This document shows positions 46,727 to 56,033 of a DNA stretch of 64,000 bases, in pieces. Each line of letters starts with the position of its first letter. Within the stretch, counting starts at the first letter, position 1. The notes beneath the pieces were generated by a model. The model did no database searches. It saw nothing but the letters and a program-made list of their open reading frames with translations, and was not told where the DNA came from. Where the stretch lies: the NCBI GenBank assembly GCA_027003075.1, contig JALWYV010000042.1, forward strand, positions 11,146 through 75,145. The letters run 5' to 3'. The translations under genes and the position numbers were made by a program. This DNA is from a candidate division WOR-3 bacterium. Its GTDB lineage: Bacteria > Hydrothermota > Hydrothermia > LBFQ01.

Positions 46727-47254
46727 ATGATGTGGTTGTTAAGCACAGGGGGAGTTCTGTACGCACCGCCCCCACCGAAGAGGAATGCCGATGTCAGGGA
46801 CGTTTGGGTGTCCTCTACCCTCAGGGTAGAGCGTGTATCCGACCGCGCACCCCGGATGTCCGGTGAGATCCACGGATATTCCGCCCGACTTTACGGAACG
46901 TGGTCAGACCCGCAGATGGTCCCTTCGGCTTACATGCTTCTGGGAACCGGAGATATGTCCGACGTGAAGGCCGTAACCATGTACGTCAGGGGGAAGGGGA
47001 AGTACCGGGTACAGGTATTCCTGCAGAAAGGAGAAAGGCTCCACATGACCCAGACCGTCGTAGAGGCCACGGATTCGTGGTCCCCGGTGTCCATAAGTAC
47101 GGCTCACACTATTGAGGTAATAGGAGGCCTTATGGAACGTCCCGATGTTAGATTCCCCTTCAAGGTCGTAATCCTTCCCTATATGGACAAGGAGACCGGC
47201 GAAGTCTCACGCGCGTTTGATCTGTACGTCTCTCCCGTATCTGTGGTAAGGTAG
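46727..47254 (+). CDS. hypothetical protein, 175 aa
   Basis: ORF 9 nt downstream of TATAAT (46712-46717). Beta-rich composition. It lies immediately upstream of the BNR-repeat cargo gene. No family recognised. Confidence 0.45.
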   Translation: MMWLLSTGGVLYAPPPPKRNADVRDVWVSSTLRVERVSDRAPRMSGEIHGYSARLYGTWSDPQMVPSAYMLLGTGDMSDVKAVTMYVRGKGKYRVQVFLQKGERLHMTQTVVEATDSWSPVSISTAHTIEVIGGLMERPDVRFPFKVVILPYMDKETGEVSRAFDLYVSPVSVVR

Positions 47255-47264
47255 GAGGTGGAAG

Positions 47265-48737
47265 ATGTTGATACTGACTATACTCGGCGATGCCCCCTTC
47301 GGCGTAAACGTTAAGGTGAGCAACTGGGACATATCTACGGGCAAGGATCAGACTGAGGTGACCATGGCCAAGTCGTCTAACTGGGTCGTCTCCAGCTGGA
47401 TAAATCAGGACGTCTCCGGATACTACACTGTCAACCAGCTCGCCGTCAGTTCTGACAACGGGTATACCTGGACGCAGGTCGGCTACTTCGCCCCGTCGGA
47501 CCCCTCTTCATGCTGGGTCGGGGACCCCTCCCTTGCGGCCGATCCCAACGACCCCGATAAGTTCTACTGGGTGGGGATGGTATGGTGTCAGGTGGGTTCT
47601 CAGACGAAGGGTGAGGTGTACTTCTGCAGCAATACCGGATCTCCCAATAACATCTCCAACTGGTCCTGCTCCATCCTCCCTCCAAACGACAGCTGGGCCC
47701 ACTTCAAGGACAAACCCTGGATACTCGCCCGCGACAACGGTGGAACTACGGAGCTGCTCGTCGTATTCACGGCCGACGGCTACGGGTCAACGTCCCTGAG
47801 TACCTACGAGATGATCAGCGTAAAGAGTACGGACGGTGGGGCCACGTGGCAGACGCCCGTGAGGGTGGATCCCGGGTACGCGAGTACGGTCGCCTTCACG
47901 TACTACGATGCGGCCAACAACCTCGTTCATATGGCCGATAACTGTCTGTACTGCTACAGCAGTTACGATGTGGTCATAGAGTACACCAAGTCTCCGGACT
48001 TCGGAGGTACCTGGAACTACGTAACGGGTGTTCTGGGTACAGTCCCCACAGGTGGAGATGCTACCTGTCCGAATTTCAACAGGCCCGTCAAGATAGCCGG
48101 TACGATAGCCGGTGTGGGGAACAAAGTGGCCATGGCTGCTACTGTAGATGCGAGCGGAACCGGTGGAAATCCCTGCAGCATTCAGATAGCCTTTTCCACG
48201 GATGGGGGTTCCACGTGGTCCGGTGTGGCCGACACGACCGCCCAGTACATCCTGCCCTTCGTTACTACCGACGGGTCCAACTCCATCTACGTGATGGCCC
48301 AGAGCAGAACGGGAAGTTCCGCCCCGTGGATCACGGTTATGTACTCCTCCAGCGACTGGGGAAGCACCTGGGGCGGTGTTAGGGTCTCCGACCACGATTA
48401 CACCATGAACGAGAACCCTGCCGGTCACGACTACAACACCATACTCTACCACTCCGGCGACCTATTCGCCATCTGGGGAGACGACTACTACAACGAGGAC
48501 GCCGGAGCCATATACTTCGCCACGACGGCCGTTGCTACCGGTTACGCCGAGCTTCCCACCTTCAAGGAGAAGAAGGTGAAGGTCTATAAGGGCGCCGTTG
48601 ACCTGCCCGCCGGATCCGACGTGTACACCTCCTCCGGGCGACTTCTTCTGAGATCCGCAGAGGGTAAGGTGTCGCTCTCTCCGGGAGTTTACTTCGTCAG
48701 GAACGGGTCCAGAGTCTGGAAGGTCGTGGTAAGGTAA
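47265..48737 (+). CDS. BNR/Asp-box repeat (sialidase-like beta-propeller) protein with T9SS-type C-terminal domain
   Basis: Four Asp-boxes (SSDNGYTW, STDGGATW, STDGGSTW, SSDWGSTW). The tail is ...GSDVYTSSGRLLLRSAEGKVSLSPGVYFVRNGSRVWKVVVR. Confidence 0.75.
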   Translation: MLILTILGDAPFGVNVKVSNWDISTGKDQTEVTMAKSSNWVVSSWINQDVSGYYTVNQLAVSSDNGYTWTQVGYFAPSDPSSCWVGDPSLAADPNDPDKFYWVGMVWCQVGSQTKGEVYFCSNTGSPNNISNWSCSILPPNDSWAHFKDKPWILARDNGGTTELLVVFTADGYGSTSLSTYEMISVKSTDGGATWQTPVRVDPGYASTVAFTYYDAANNLVHMADNCLYCYSSYDVVIEYTKSPDFGGTWNYVTGVLGTVPTGGDATCPNFNRPVKIAGTIAGVGNKVAMAATVDASGTGGNPCSIQIAFSTDGGSTWSGVADTTAQYILPFVTTDGSNSIYVMAQSRTGSSAPWITVMYSSSDWGSTWGGVRVSDHDYTMNENPAGHDYNTILYHSGDLFAIWGDDYYNEDAGAIYFATTAVATGYAELPTFKEKKVKVYKGAVDLPAGSDVYTSSGRLLLRSAEGKVSLSPGVYFVRNGSRVWKVVVR

Positions 48738-48746
48738 AGGACCTCA

Positions 48747-48782
48747 GGGGGCGTGGGTTTCTTCCCCACCGCCCCCTTTTTT
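48747..48782 (+). terminator. intrinsic terminator after the BNR-repeat gene
   Basis: gggggcgtggg (48747-48757) pairs with cccaccgccccc (48765-48776) with one internal bulge, followed by TTTTTT (48777-48782). Confidence 0.65.
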
Positions 48783-48785
48783 ATT

Positions 48786-50135
48786 TCATGGTGCGAGGTG
48801 GTACACGAGAAGGACGGCGAGGATGAGGGCAATAACGTTCATTATCACGCCCACCCTCATCATGTCCCGCATACTTACGAGCTTGAAGGAGTACACCAAC
48901 ATGTTGGGAGGGGTCGCCACGGGGAGCATGAAGGCACCGGAGGCTGCTACCGCCACCACTGCGGCGAGGGCCTTGGCGTCCATGCCCACGGCTACGGCAA
49001 AGGAGTAGGCGAGAGGGATAAAGACTGCGGATATTGACGTATTGGACGCCAGTTCCGTCAGCGCGAGGGTAATGGTTGCCCAGAGACCCACGAACACGAC
49101 GGGAGGGAGACCGGAGTACGCCTTCAGAGCCTGAACTATGACCTCCGAAAGGCCACTCTTTACTATCATGTGGGAAAGGGCGAAACCTCCACCGAAGAGC
49201 AGGAGGGCATCCCATGGGACCCTCTCGGTATCCTTCCAATCTACGAAGTTCCCGAGGAAAAGGAGTACAGTAGCCGCCATGGCAACGGTGGAGTCGTCCG
49301 CCCCTTTAAACGGCAGGAGGTCTGCCCATCCGGGAATTGAAAATACTCCCACGTCTATACCCGACCGCGTAAGCCAGAGGAGAACGGCCCCAAGGAATAT
49401 CATCAGTACGTTCCTCCCCTTACGGGAGATACCCACGTCCTCAAACCGGACCCCCGTTCTCCTCCTCCCCAGACGGAACCACAGGATGCCGAGGGTCAGA
49501 AATATGCCTTCCAGGACCATGGAATAGGGAAGACCGAACCGCATCCACTCCAAGAAGGACACGTCAACCCCGTACTCCCTCATGACGCCCGCGTACATGA
49601 TGTTAGGCGGTGTCCCTATAAGCGTGGCTACACCTCCTATGCTCGCCGAGTAGGCCGCCCCGAAGGCAAGCGCTCTGGTAAGTTGACCGGCACCGAGCGA
49701 TAAGATTAAAGGAACCATTATTAAGGTCGCCGACGTGTTGCTTATCCACATGGAGAGGAAGTAGGAGGCGAGGGAAACGCCTACGAATACCCCCACCTCC
49801 GATCTGCCGAAGACCCTGAGGAGCCTCCCCGAGAGGTAGCGGTGGAGGTTGTACTTCTCAAGGGCTATGGCGAGGATAAACCCGCCAAGGAAGAGGAATA
49901 TGGGGGATTTGGCGTAGGTCGGTGCGATCTCCTTCGCGGGTGCTATGCCAAAGAGGGGGGCGACGACGAGGGGGATGAGGGCCGTAACGGCGAGGGGAAT
50001 CACCTCACCGATCCACCACGCCCCCATCCAGAGTACCGTTCCGATCGTCGCTGCCACCTTCACGTCCAGTGGCAGGAGAAGGGACAGAATAAAAAAAGCG
50101 GGTCCAAGTATTACGAGTACCCGGCGGTATAACAT
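48786..50135 (-). CDS. DASS/SLC13-type anion:sodium symporter (ArsB/NhaD permease superfamily)
   Basis: About 12-14 TM segments with duplicated SNT/SN-containing hairpin motifs (WISNTSATLIMVP and TELASNTSISAVFIPL). Confidence 0.75.
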   Translation of the reverse strand: MLYRRVLVILGPAFFILSLLLPLDVKVAATIGTVLWMGAWWIGEVIPLAVTALIPLVVAPLFGIAPAKEIAPTYAKSPIFLFLGGFILAIALEKYNLHRYLSGRLLRVFGRSEVGVFVGVSLASYFLSMWISNTSATLIMVPLILSLGAGQLTRALAFGAAYSASIGGVATLIGTPPNIMYAGVMREYGVDVSFLEWMRFGLPYSMVLEGIFLTLGILWFRLGRRRTGVRFEDVGISRKGRNVLMIFLGAVLLWLTRSGIDVGVFSIPGWADLLPFKGADDSTVAMAATVLLFLGNFVDWKDTERVPWDALLLFGGGFALSHMIVKSGLSEVIVQALKAYSGLPPVVFVGLWATITLALTELASNTSISAVFIPLAYSFAVAVGMDAKALAAVVAVAASGAFMLPVATPPNMLVYSFKLVSMRDMMRVGVIMNVIALILAVLLVYHLAP

Positions 50136-51449
50136 CTAAACCGTCTTCAAAACCTCAAGGAGGGCGTCTACGTCCCCTTTCGTATACCTATCCGTAAAGG
50201 CCACAAGCAGGTGGTTCTCACCGAGGGAAGGGACAGCAGGACCAAGGAGGAAACCCCTCTCTGCCGCCCTCTCTATCAGTTCCTTCGCCGGTACGGGAGC
50301 CTTGATCACCACCTCCCTGAAAGGTGTACCTGTGAACTCCAGACTGTAGCCTTCGGGCAGGTTCTCGGCGAAGTACCTCGTCTTGCTGTAAGTGGTCAGG
50401 GCGATCTTCCTCAACCCCTCTTTTCCGAGAAGGGCGGTATAAACCGCAACGGCCAGAGCCATGAGCTGGTTGTTGGTACATATGTTGGACGTGGCCTTCG
50501 CCCTCCTTATGTGCTGTTCACGGGCCTGCAAAGTCGTTACGAACCCCCGACGCCCGTCCACGTCCGTTGTCTCGGCCACTATCCTCCCCGGCATCTGCCT
50601 GATGTACCTCTTCCACGAGACCATTATACCCACGTAAGGGCCTCCGAAACCGAGGGGGAGACCGAGGACCTGACCTTCGGCCGTGGCTATGTCCGCCCCC
50701 ACCTCACCGGGAGGCACCGTCACCGTAGCGGCTACGGGGTCGTAATGTACCACGAGCAAAACGCCCCTTTCCCTTACGGCGCTGCTTATCGCCCGGAGGT
50801 TCTCAAGTATGCCGAAGTAGTTAGGTGACTGTACGACGACTGCCGCCGTCCCGTTGTCTATAAGCGATAGGAGTTCGGGTAAGTCGGCCTCACCGGAGGC
50901 CGTATAGGAGTACTCCTGTACTTCGGCAAAATCGGGAAGGTACGTGTCTATCACCCTGCGGTATAGGGGATTGAGGGACTTCGGAAGGAGTACCCTGTAC
51001 TTTTTCTTTAAACGGAAGGCCATCAGGACGGCTTCGGCCAGGGCAGTTGCGCCGTCGTACATGGACGAGTTGGCCACCTCCATCGCTGCTATCTCGGCCA
51101 TGAGGCTCTGGAACTCGTACATGGCCTGAAGCGTCCCCTGAGAGACCTCCGGCTGGTAGGGTGTGTAGGCCGTGTAGAACTCCGACCTCAGGAGAACGTG
51201 GTTCACCACGGAGGGGGTATGGACGTCGTACGCCCCACCCCCGGCGAAGATGCGAAGGTTGTAAGCGTTGGAGGATGCGATCTCCTCTATACGGCGGGCC
51301 AGGTCGCTCTCGGAGAGGGCGGGTATATCGGGAACGTCCGTAAAGGGTACGTCCCCCACGGCCTCCCTCATGAGGGCCTCCTGAGACGGGAGGCCCAGGG
51401 CCTTCAGCATCTCCTCCCTGTCCCTGTCGCTCAGGGAAAGGTACCTCAT
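50136..51449 (-). CDS. gcvPA: glycine dehydrogenase (aminomethyl-transferring) subunit 1
   Basis: The N-terminus MRYLSLSDRDREEMLKALGL and the FAGGGAYD and YTPYQPEVSQG motifs are all present. It overlaps the gcvH stop by 4 nt. Confidence 0.9.
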   Translation of the reverse strand: MRYLSLSDRDREEMLKALGLPSQEALMREAVGDVPFTDVPDIPALSESDLARRIEEIASSNAYNLRIFAGGGAYDVHTPSVVNHVLLRSEFYTAYTPYQPEVSQGTLQAMYEFQSLMAEIAAMEVANSSMYDGATALAEAVLMAFRLKKKYRVLLPKSLNPLYRRVIDTYLPDFAEVQEYSYTASGEADLPELLSLIDNGTAAVVVQSPNYFGILENLRAISSAVRERGVLLVVHYDPVAATVTVPPGEVGADIATAEGQVLGLPLGFGGPYVGIMVSWKRYIRQMPGRIVAETTDVDGRRGFVTTLQAREQHIRRAKATSNICTNNQLMALAVAVYTALLGKEGLRKIALTTYSKTRYFAENLPEGYSLEFTGTPFREVVIKAPVPAKELIERAAERGFLLGPAVPSLGENHLLVAFTDRYTKGDVDALLEVLKTV

Positions 51450-51832
51450 CCTTCCGCCTCTATGAGTTTTCTGTACTCTTCGGGCGAAAGGAGATTCTTA
51501 AGCTCATCCGGGTTCTCAAGTTTTATCCTGAACATCCAGCCCTCACCGTAGGGGTCCTGGTTCAGGAGTTCGGGCTTTTCGGAAAGTTTTTCGTTTATCT
51601 CAATCACTTCACCACTGACGGGGGCGTAGACGTCGGCGGCAGTCTTAACGGCTTCCACCGTAGCGACGGCTTCCATCTGCTTGACCTTACGGCCGACCTC
51701 AGGCAGTTCTACGTAGATTATGTCCCCCAGCTGGTCCTGAGCGTAGTCGGTTATACCAATCGTGGCCACGTCTCCATCAACCTTAACCCACTCGTGTTCC
51801 TTCGTGTACAGGAGGTTCTCCGGAACTTTCAT
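51446..51832 (-). CDS. gcvH: glycine cleavage system protein H
   Basis: YTKEHEWV..., lipoyl-lysine motif VEAVKTAADVYAPVSGEV. TAAAAT (plus coords 51840-51845) lies 7 nt upstream of the ATG. Confidence 0.9.
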   Translation of the reverse strand: MKVPENLLYTKEHEWVKVDGDVATIGITDYAQDQLGDIIYVELPEVGRKVKQMEAVATVEAVKTAADVYAPVSGEVIEINEKLSEKPELLNQDPYGEGWMFRIKLENPDELKNLLSPEEYRKLIEAEG

Positions 51833-51940
51833 AGAGGGTATTTTACGGTTGCATCCACGCCCATACTTTATGCAAAGTGCTTACCTTTACCGGCCGTTCC
51901 TCCAATAGCCTTCACCGCGCCGCAGGATAATGGGCGTAGA

Positions 51941-53674
51941 TCAGGTTGTTTCGCGTTTCTGTGCGAGTGTTTTCAAGAGTTCTTCAAGGGGCAACACGTT
52001 TATGACGTCCCCCTTCTCCAACCACCCCCTGCGGGCGGTGCCGACGGCCAGTCTCATCTGCCAGAGCTGGCCTATCTGGTGGGTGTCCGTTCCGAGGGTT
52101 ATCTTTACGCCGTTCTCCTTCGCCAGACGGGCGTTGACGTCGTTCAGATCCAGCCTCTCGTAGTATCCGTTTATCTCAAGGAAGGTCCCCGTCTCCCTCG
52201 CCTTTTTGACCACCTCCTCCATATCCACCCTGTACCCCTCCCTCTTGCCTATGAGTCTCCCCGTCGGATGGGCTACGGCATGGACGAAGGGGTTCTCCAT
52301 CGCCTTAACTATCCTCTCCGTGACGTCCTCGTCCTTCCTCCACGTATGGACGGCGGCTATCACGAAGTCCAGCTCCGCCAGTACCTCGTCCGGGTAGTCA
52401 AGGGAGCCATCGGGTAAGATATCCACCTCCGTTCCCTTCAGGAGTCTGATCCCCTTGAGGGAGGCGTTTATGCGGTCTATCTCCCTGTTCTTGGCACGCA
52501 GGGTGTCTATGTCTAAGCCACCGGCGTACTTCACGCTCTGGGAGTGGTCGCATACGGCCACGTACTCGTACCCCATCTTCAGGGCGGCAAGGGCTATCTC
52601 CTCAAGCGTGGCCGTGCCATCGGAGTAGTGGCTGTGGACGTGGAGGTCCCCCTTTATGTCGCCGTAATCCACGAGGTCCGGGAGTTTCCCCTCCATCGCC
52701 GCCTCTATCTCCCCCCTGTCCTCCCGCAGCTCCGGGGGTATCCAGAGCATGCCGACGGCCGCATAGACCTCCTCCTCAGTCCTGCCCGCCACCTTCTCGT
52801 TTCCTTTGAAAACTCCGTACTCGGATATCTTAAGCCCCTTAGCCCTCGCTATGGTGCGCAGGTGGATGTTGTGCTGTTTGCTCCCCGTGAAGTACTGGAG
52901 GGCAGCCCCGTAGGACTCCGGAGGTATCACCCGCAGGTCCACCTGATACTTCCCGAATACGGCGGATCCCCTAGTATCTCCGGCGGCGAGGACCTGGACG
53001 ACCTCCGGCAGGTTTACGAACTCGTTTATTATCTTACGGCCGTCCTTTGGATCGGCGGATACGAGGATGTCTATATCCCCAACGGTCTCCTTCATCCTGC
53101 GGAAGGAACCGGCCGGGTGTATCTCAAGGACCTCCGGTATCTTCCCAAGTTCCCCCACTATGTTCTGGACGATGGGATAGGCGAGGCCGAGGGGGATCCG
53201 CCCGGCCATCCTTTCGTAAAGTTGCAAAGCACGTTTAATGTTCTCAACCTTCTTCGGCCCAAAGCCGGGAAGTCTCGCCAGTGAACCGTCCTCCAACACC
53301 CTGCGGAAGTCCTCCTTTGTCCTCACATCGAGTTTTTCGTAAGCCACCTTGAGTGTCCTTGGGCCTATGCCGGGGACGGACAGGAGGTCTATCAGGTCCT
53401 TCGGCACCTGCGCCATCACCTCCTCGTACTTGCTCATGCGACCGGTTTCAAGGTACTCGGCTATCTTCTTTGCTATCCTCTCCCCTACACCGGGAAGGTC
53501 CATAAGGCCGTCTATACCCCTCCTACGGTAAAGCTCCTCTATGTCTTCGGGGTAGTTCTCTATCACACGGGCGGCCCTCCTGTAGGCCCTGACCTTGTAG
53601 GGGATCTCACCGAGGAACTCAAGGGCATCCGCCAGACGGTCCAGAATTTCCGCGATCTCCTCGTTCTTCCTCAT
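51941..53674 (-). CDS. polX: family X DNA polymerase with C-terminal PHP domain (PolX)
   Basis: Helix-hairpin-helix N-terminus (NEEIAEILDRLADALEF...YKVRAYRRAA), GSFRRMKETVGDIDIL NTase motif, PHP histidines (DLHVHSHYSDG, CDHS). Confidence 0.9.
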   Translation of the reverse strand: MRKNEEIAEILDRLADALEFLGEIPYKVRAYRRAARVIENYPEDIEELYRRRGIDGLMDLPGVGERIAKKIAEYLETGRMSKYEEVMAQVPKDLIDLLSVPGIGPRTLKVAYEKLDVRTKEDFRRVLEDGSLARLPGFGPKKVENIKRALQLYERMAGRIPLGLAYPIVQNIVGELGKIPEVLEIHPAGSFRRMKETVGDIDILVSADPKDGRKIINEFVNLPEVVQVLAAGDTRGSAVFGKYQVDLRVIPPESYGAALQYFTGSKQHNIHLRTIARAKGLKISEYGVFKGNEKVAGRTEEEVYAAVGMLWIPPELREDRGEIEAAMEGKLPDLVDYGDIKGDLHVHSHYSDGTATLEEIALAALKMGYEYVAVCDHSQSVKYAGGLDIDTLRAKNREIDRINASLKGIRLLKGTEVDILPDGSLDYPDEVLAELDFVIAAVHTWRKDEDVTERIVKAMENPFVHAVAHPTGRLIGKREGYRVDMEEVVKKARETGTFLEINGYYERLDLNDVNARLAKENGVKITLGTDTHQIGQLWQMRLAVGTARRGWLEKGDVINVLPLEELLKTLAQKRETT

Positions 53675-53731
53675 AACGAATTCTAACGCCGCAAGGAGAA
53701 ACCGTGAATGCGGCCACCTTAAAATTCCTTA

Positions 53732-54532
53732 ATGCTTCCGGAGATAGAACTTGACAGGACGGAAGAGCTTCTTCCCATCTTTGCTCTGGGTACCTGGGCC
53801 ATACGGGACCCCAGGGCCATGGAGAGGACGATCCGCAGGGCCATAGACGAAGGCCTCTGGCATATAGACACGGCAGAGATGTACGAGGGTGCAGAGGAAA
53901 TCGTCGGGAGGGCGATAAGGGGGAGAAGGGACGAGGTGTTCATAACGACTAAGGTGATGCCTCACAACGCCTCGTTCCGTGGGACCATAGCCGCCTTAGA
54001 GAGGAGCCTTAAGAAGCTGAAGACCGATTACGTTGACCTCTACCTCCTCCACTGGTACGACGGCTCCCACCCCCTTGGCGAGACCATGGAGGCCTTCGCC
54101 TACCTGATAGAGCAGGGTAAGGTGGCCTACGCCGGCGTGAGCAACTTTTCGGTTAAGGAGATGGAGGAGGCCCTGAGGTACCTGAAGATAGTGAACAATC
54201 AGGTGGAGTACAACCTTGACAACTTTCGGGAGGTTGAGGAGGAACTTCTTCCCTTTGCGGAGGAAAACGGTATAACCCTGAGCGGGTACCTGCCCCTGTG
54301 GAGAGGTGCGTGGCCTACGGGGGAGAGGATGGAGGTACTCAAGTCCGTGGCCCGTAAGTACGGCATGACCGTTCCCCAGGTGGTCCTGAACTTCCTCACG
54401 AGGCACCGGAAGATAATCGTCATATTCAAAACCGAAAACGAGGATCACCTTATGGAGAACCTTAAGTCCGTGGAGTTTGAGGTGGAACCTGAGGATTACA
54501 GGAGGATAGAGGAGGCCTTCGGGCGAGGGTGA
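53732..54532 (+). CDS. aldo/keto reductase
   Basis: IDTAEMYEGAEEIVGRAI, DLYLLHW, GVSNF, NQVEYNL motifs. TAAAAT (53720-53725) lies 6 nt upstream of the ATG. Confidence 0.85.
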   Translation: MLPEIELDRTEELLPIFALGTWAIRDPRAMERTIRRAIDEGLWHIDTAEMYEGAEEIVGRAIRGRRDEVFITTKVMPHNASFRGTIAALERSLKKLKTDYVDLYLLHWYDGSHPLGETMEAFAYLIEQGKVAYAGVSNFSVKEMEEALRYLKIVNNQVEYNLDNFREVEEELLPFAEENGITLSGYLPLWRGAWPTGERMEVLKSVARKYGMTVPQVVLNFLTRHRKIIVIFKTENEDHLMENLKSVEFEVEPEDYRRIEEAFGRG

Positions 54533-55612
54533 TCACTCCTCAAGGAGGGAGGCGAAGGTACGGGCCCACCTCTCCGGTGTGGCTAAACTTTCAACCTTTC
54601 CACGACCGAACCGCACTACGTCGTTTCTGACCGATGGATCTTTCATCCTCTCAACTATCCGGGCTATACTCCCTACGTCTCCCACGGGGAAGATAGCCCA
54701 TTCGGGAAGGAAATCCTTTGCCCCCACCCCTTCGGATACGGCCACGGCCAGGGAGGACATGAGGGCCTCAACGACGACGAATCCGAAAACTTCCCACTCC
54801 GAGGGCAGAAGTAGGAGGTCGTACCTCCGGTACATAAGGGGCATCTTACCGTAATCCGCCTTTCCCAGAAATCTGACCCTATCCGTTATACCCATTTCTC
54901 CGGCCATCTTCTCCAGATCCTCCCTCAGGGGGCCCTCGCCGACGACGTCAAGGGTAACGCTGGACACCGTGGATACGGCCTCAAGGAGGTCGGGAACCCT
55001 CTTTACCTTTATGAGCCTTCCCACAAATACTGCGGATAGGCATTCTCCCCTGTGTACCTTATCGTACCTGAACCGTTCAACGTCAAACGTCGTATACGCG
55101 ACTTCCACTCTTCTCGCTCCGAGCCTGCGGGCATGCTCCGCCGCCGTACCCGTTGCAGCCACCACGGCGTAGGCGTTTGAGAAGAGCAGGAAACGTACAA
55201 GCGCCCTGTAAGGCACACCCCACCATCCGCCGAAGGAAAGGGAGGGGGCCCCCGTCCACAGTATGTACGGTACCCCATGGGAAAGGGTTTTAAGACTCAG
55301 AAAGAGTTCCACAGGCGTAAGCCCCCCACTTATTACCACCTTTCGGAAACGGGATAGATCCGGCAGGTGTCTGGGAAGGAAGGCGTAGGCCTCGTCGGAA
55401 CCGAACCCCACGGACGTCTTTATGCGGAGTGAGTCTAAGACCTCGTACCTGAAGTTCGCCCGCTCCAGATCCCTCTCCCAGCCCTTCCTCTTCGGGACGG
55501 AGGAGGCGTAAAAGAAGAAGGTTATCCTGCCCCCTAACTCGTCGCTCAGACGATTAAAAAGGTCAACCTTATGCGGTGTGGGGAAGTTGGTAAAGAAGGC
55601 GTATTCCTTCAC
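54533..55612 (-). CDS. GT4-family glycosyltransferase
   Basis: GT-B C-terminal half with LLLPSEWEVFGFVVVEAL (EX7E-like). Overlaps the secG stop by 4 nt. Confidence 0.7.
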   Translation of the reverse strand: MKEYAFFTNFPTPHKVDLFNRLSDELGGRITFFFYASSVPKRKGWERDLERANFRYEVLDSLRIKTSVGFGSDEAYAFLPRHLPDLSRFRKVVISGGLTPVELFLSLKTLSHGVPYILWTGAPSLSFGGWWGVPYRALVRFLLFSNAYAVVAATGTAAEHARRLGARRVEVAYTTFDVERFRYDKVHRGECLSAVFVGRLIKVKRVPDLLEAVSTVSSVTLDVVGEGPLREDLEKMAGEMGITDRVRFLGKADYGKMPLMYRRYDLLLLPSEWEVFGFVVVEALMSSLAVAVSEGVGAKDFLPEWAIFPVGDVGSIARIVERMKDPSVRNDVVRFGRGKVESLATPERWARTFASLLEE

Positions 55613-56007
55613 TTACCCTGCCGGGGGGCAGGAGTGGGTGAGGGCTGTACAGGTGTAGCCGGGGCTACGGCACCACCCTGAGGAGCCTGAGGAGGAGCCT
55701 GCCTCTGGAGCTCCTGAAGCACCTTGTAAACCGTCCCCTTCCCCGCCTCTTTGGCCACCACGGACGTGGTGGCGGTCCTGGCACCGGACATCATGGAGAG
55801 TATAAAGGCCAGAATACCGAAGGCCGCACCGAGTCCAATCGTCAGGTTCGTGAAGAAGGTGGGAGCCGTCTTTACACCTATAACGTTTTCAACACCACCG
55901 CCGAAGGCTATACCGAGTCCTCCCCCCGTACGGGGTTCCTGCAACAACACCACCACTATCATCACGAGGACTATCAACAGGTACAAAATTAGAAGGGCCA
56001 CGTACAT
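55609..56007 (-). CDS. secG: preprotein translocase subunit SecG with a Pro/Ala-rich C-terminal extension
   Basis: LIVLVMIVVVLLQEPRTGGGLG motif and a second TM segment. TAGAAT (plus coords 56016-56021) lies 8 nt upstream of the ATG. Confidence 0.7.
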   Translation of the reverse strand: MYVALLILYLLIVLVMIVVVLLQEPRTGGGLGIAFGGGVENVIGVKTAPTFFTNLTIGLGAAFGILAFILSMMSGARTATTSVVAKEAGKGTVYKVLQELQRQAPPQAPQGGAVAPATPVQPSPTPAPRQGK

Positions 56008-56033
56008 GGACGGCTATTCTAAGGGAGAACTTT

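Noticed and set aside
51833-51940. A glycine riboswitch upstream of gcvH.
   Set aside because: The -10 box lies 7 nt from the ATG, leaving no 5' UTR. The remaining sequence lacks the tandem aptamer features.
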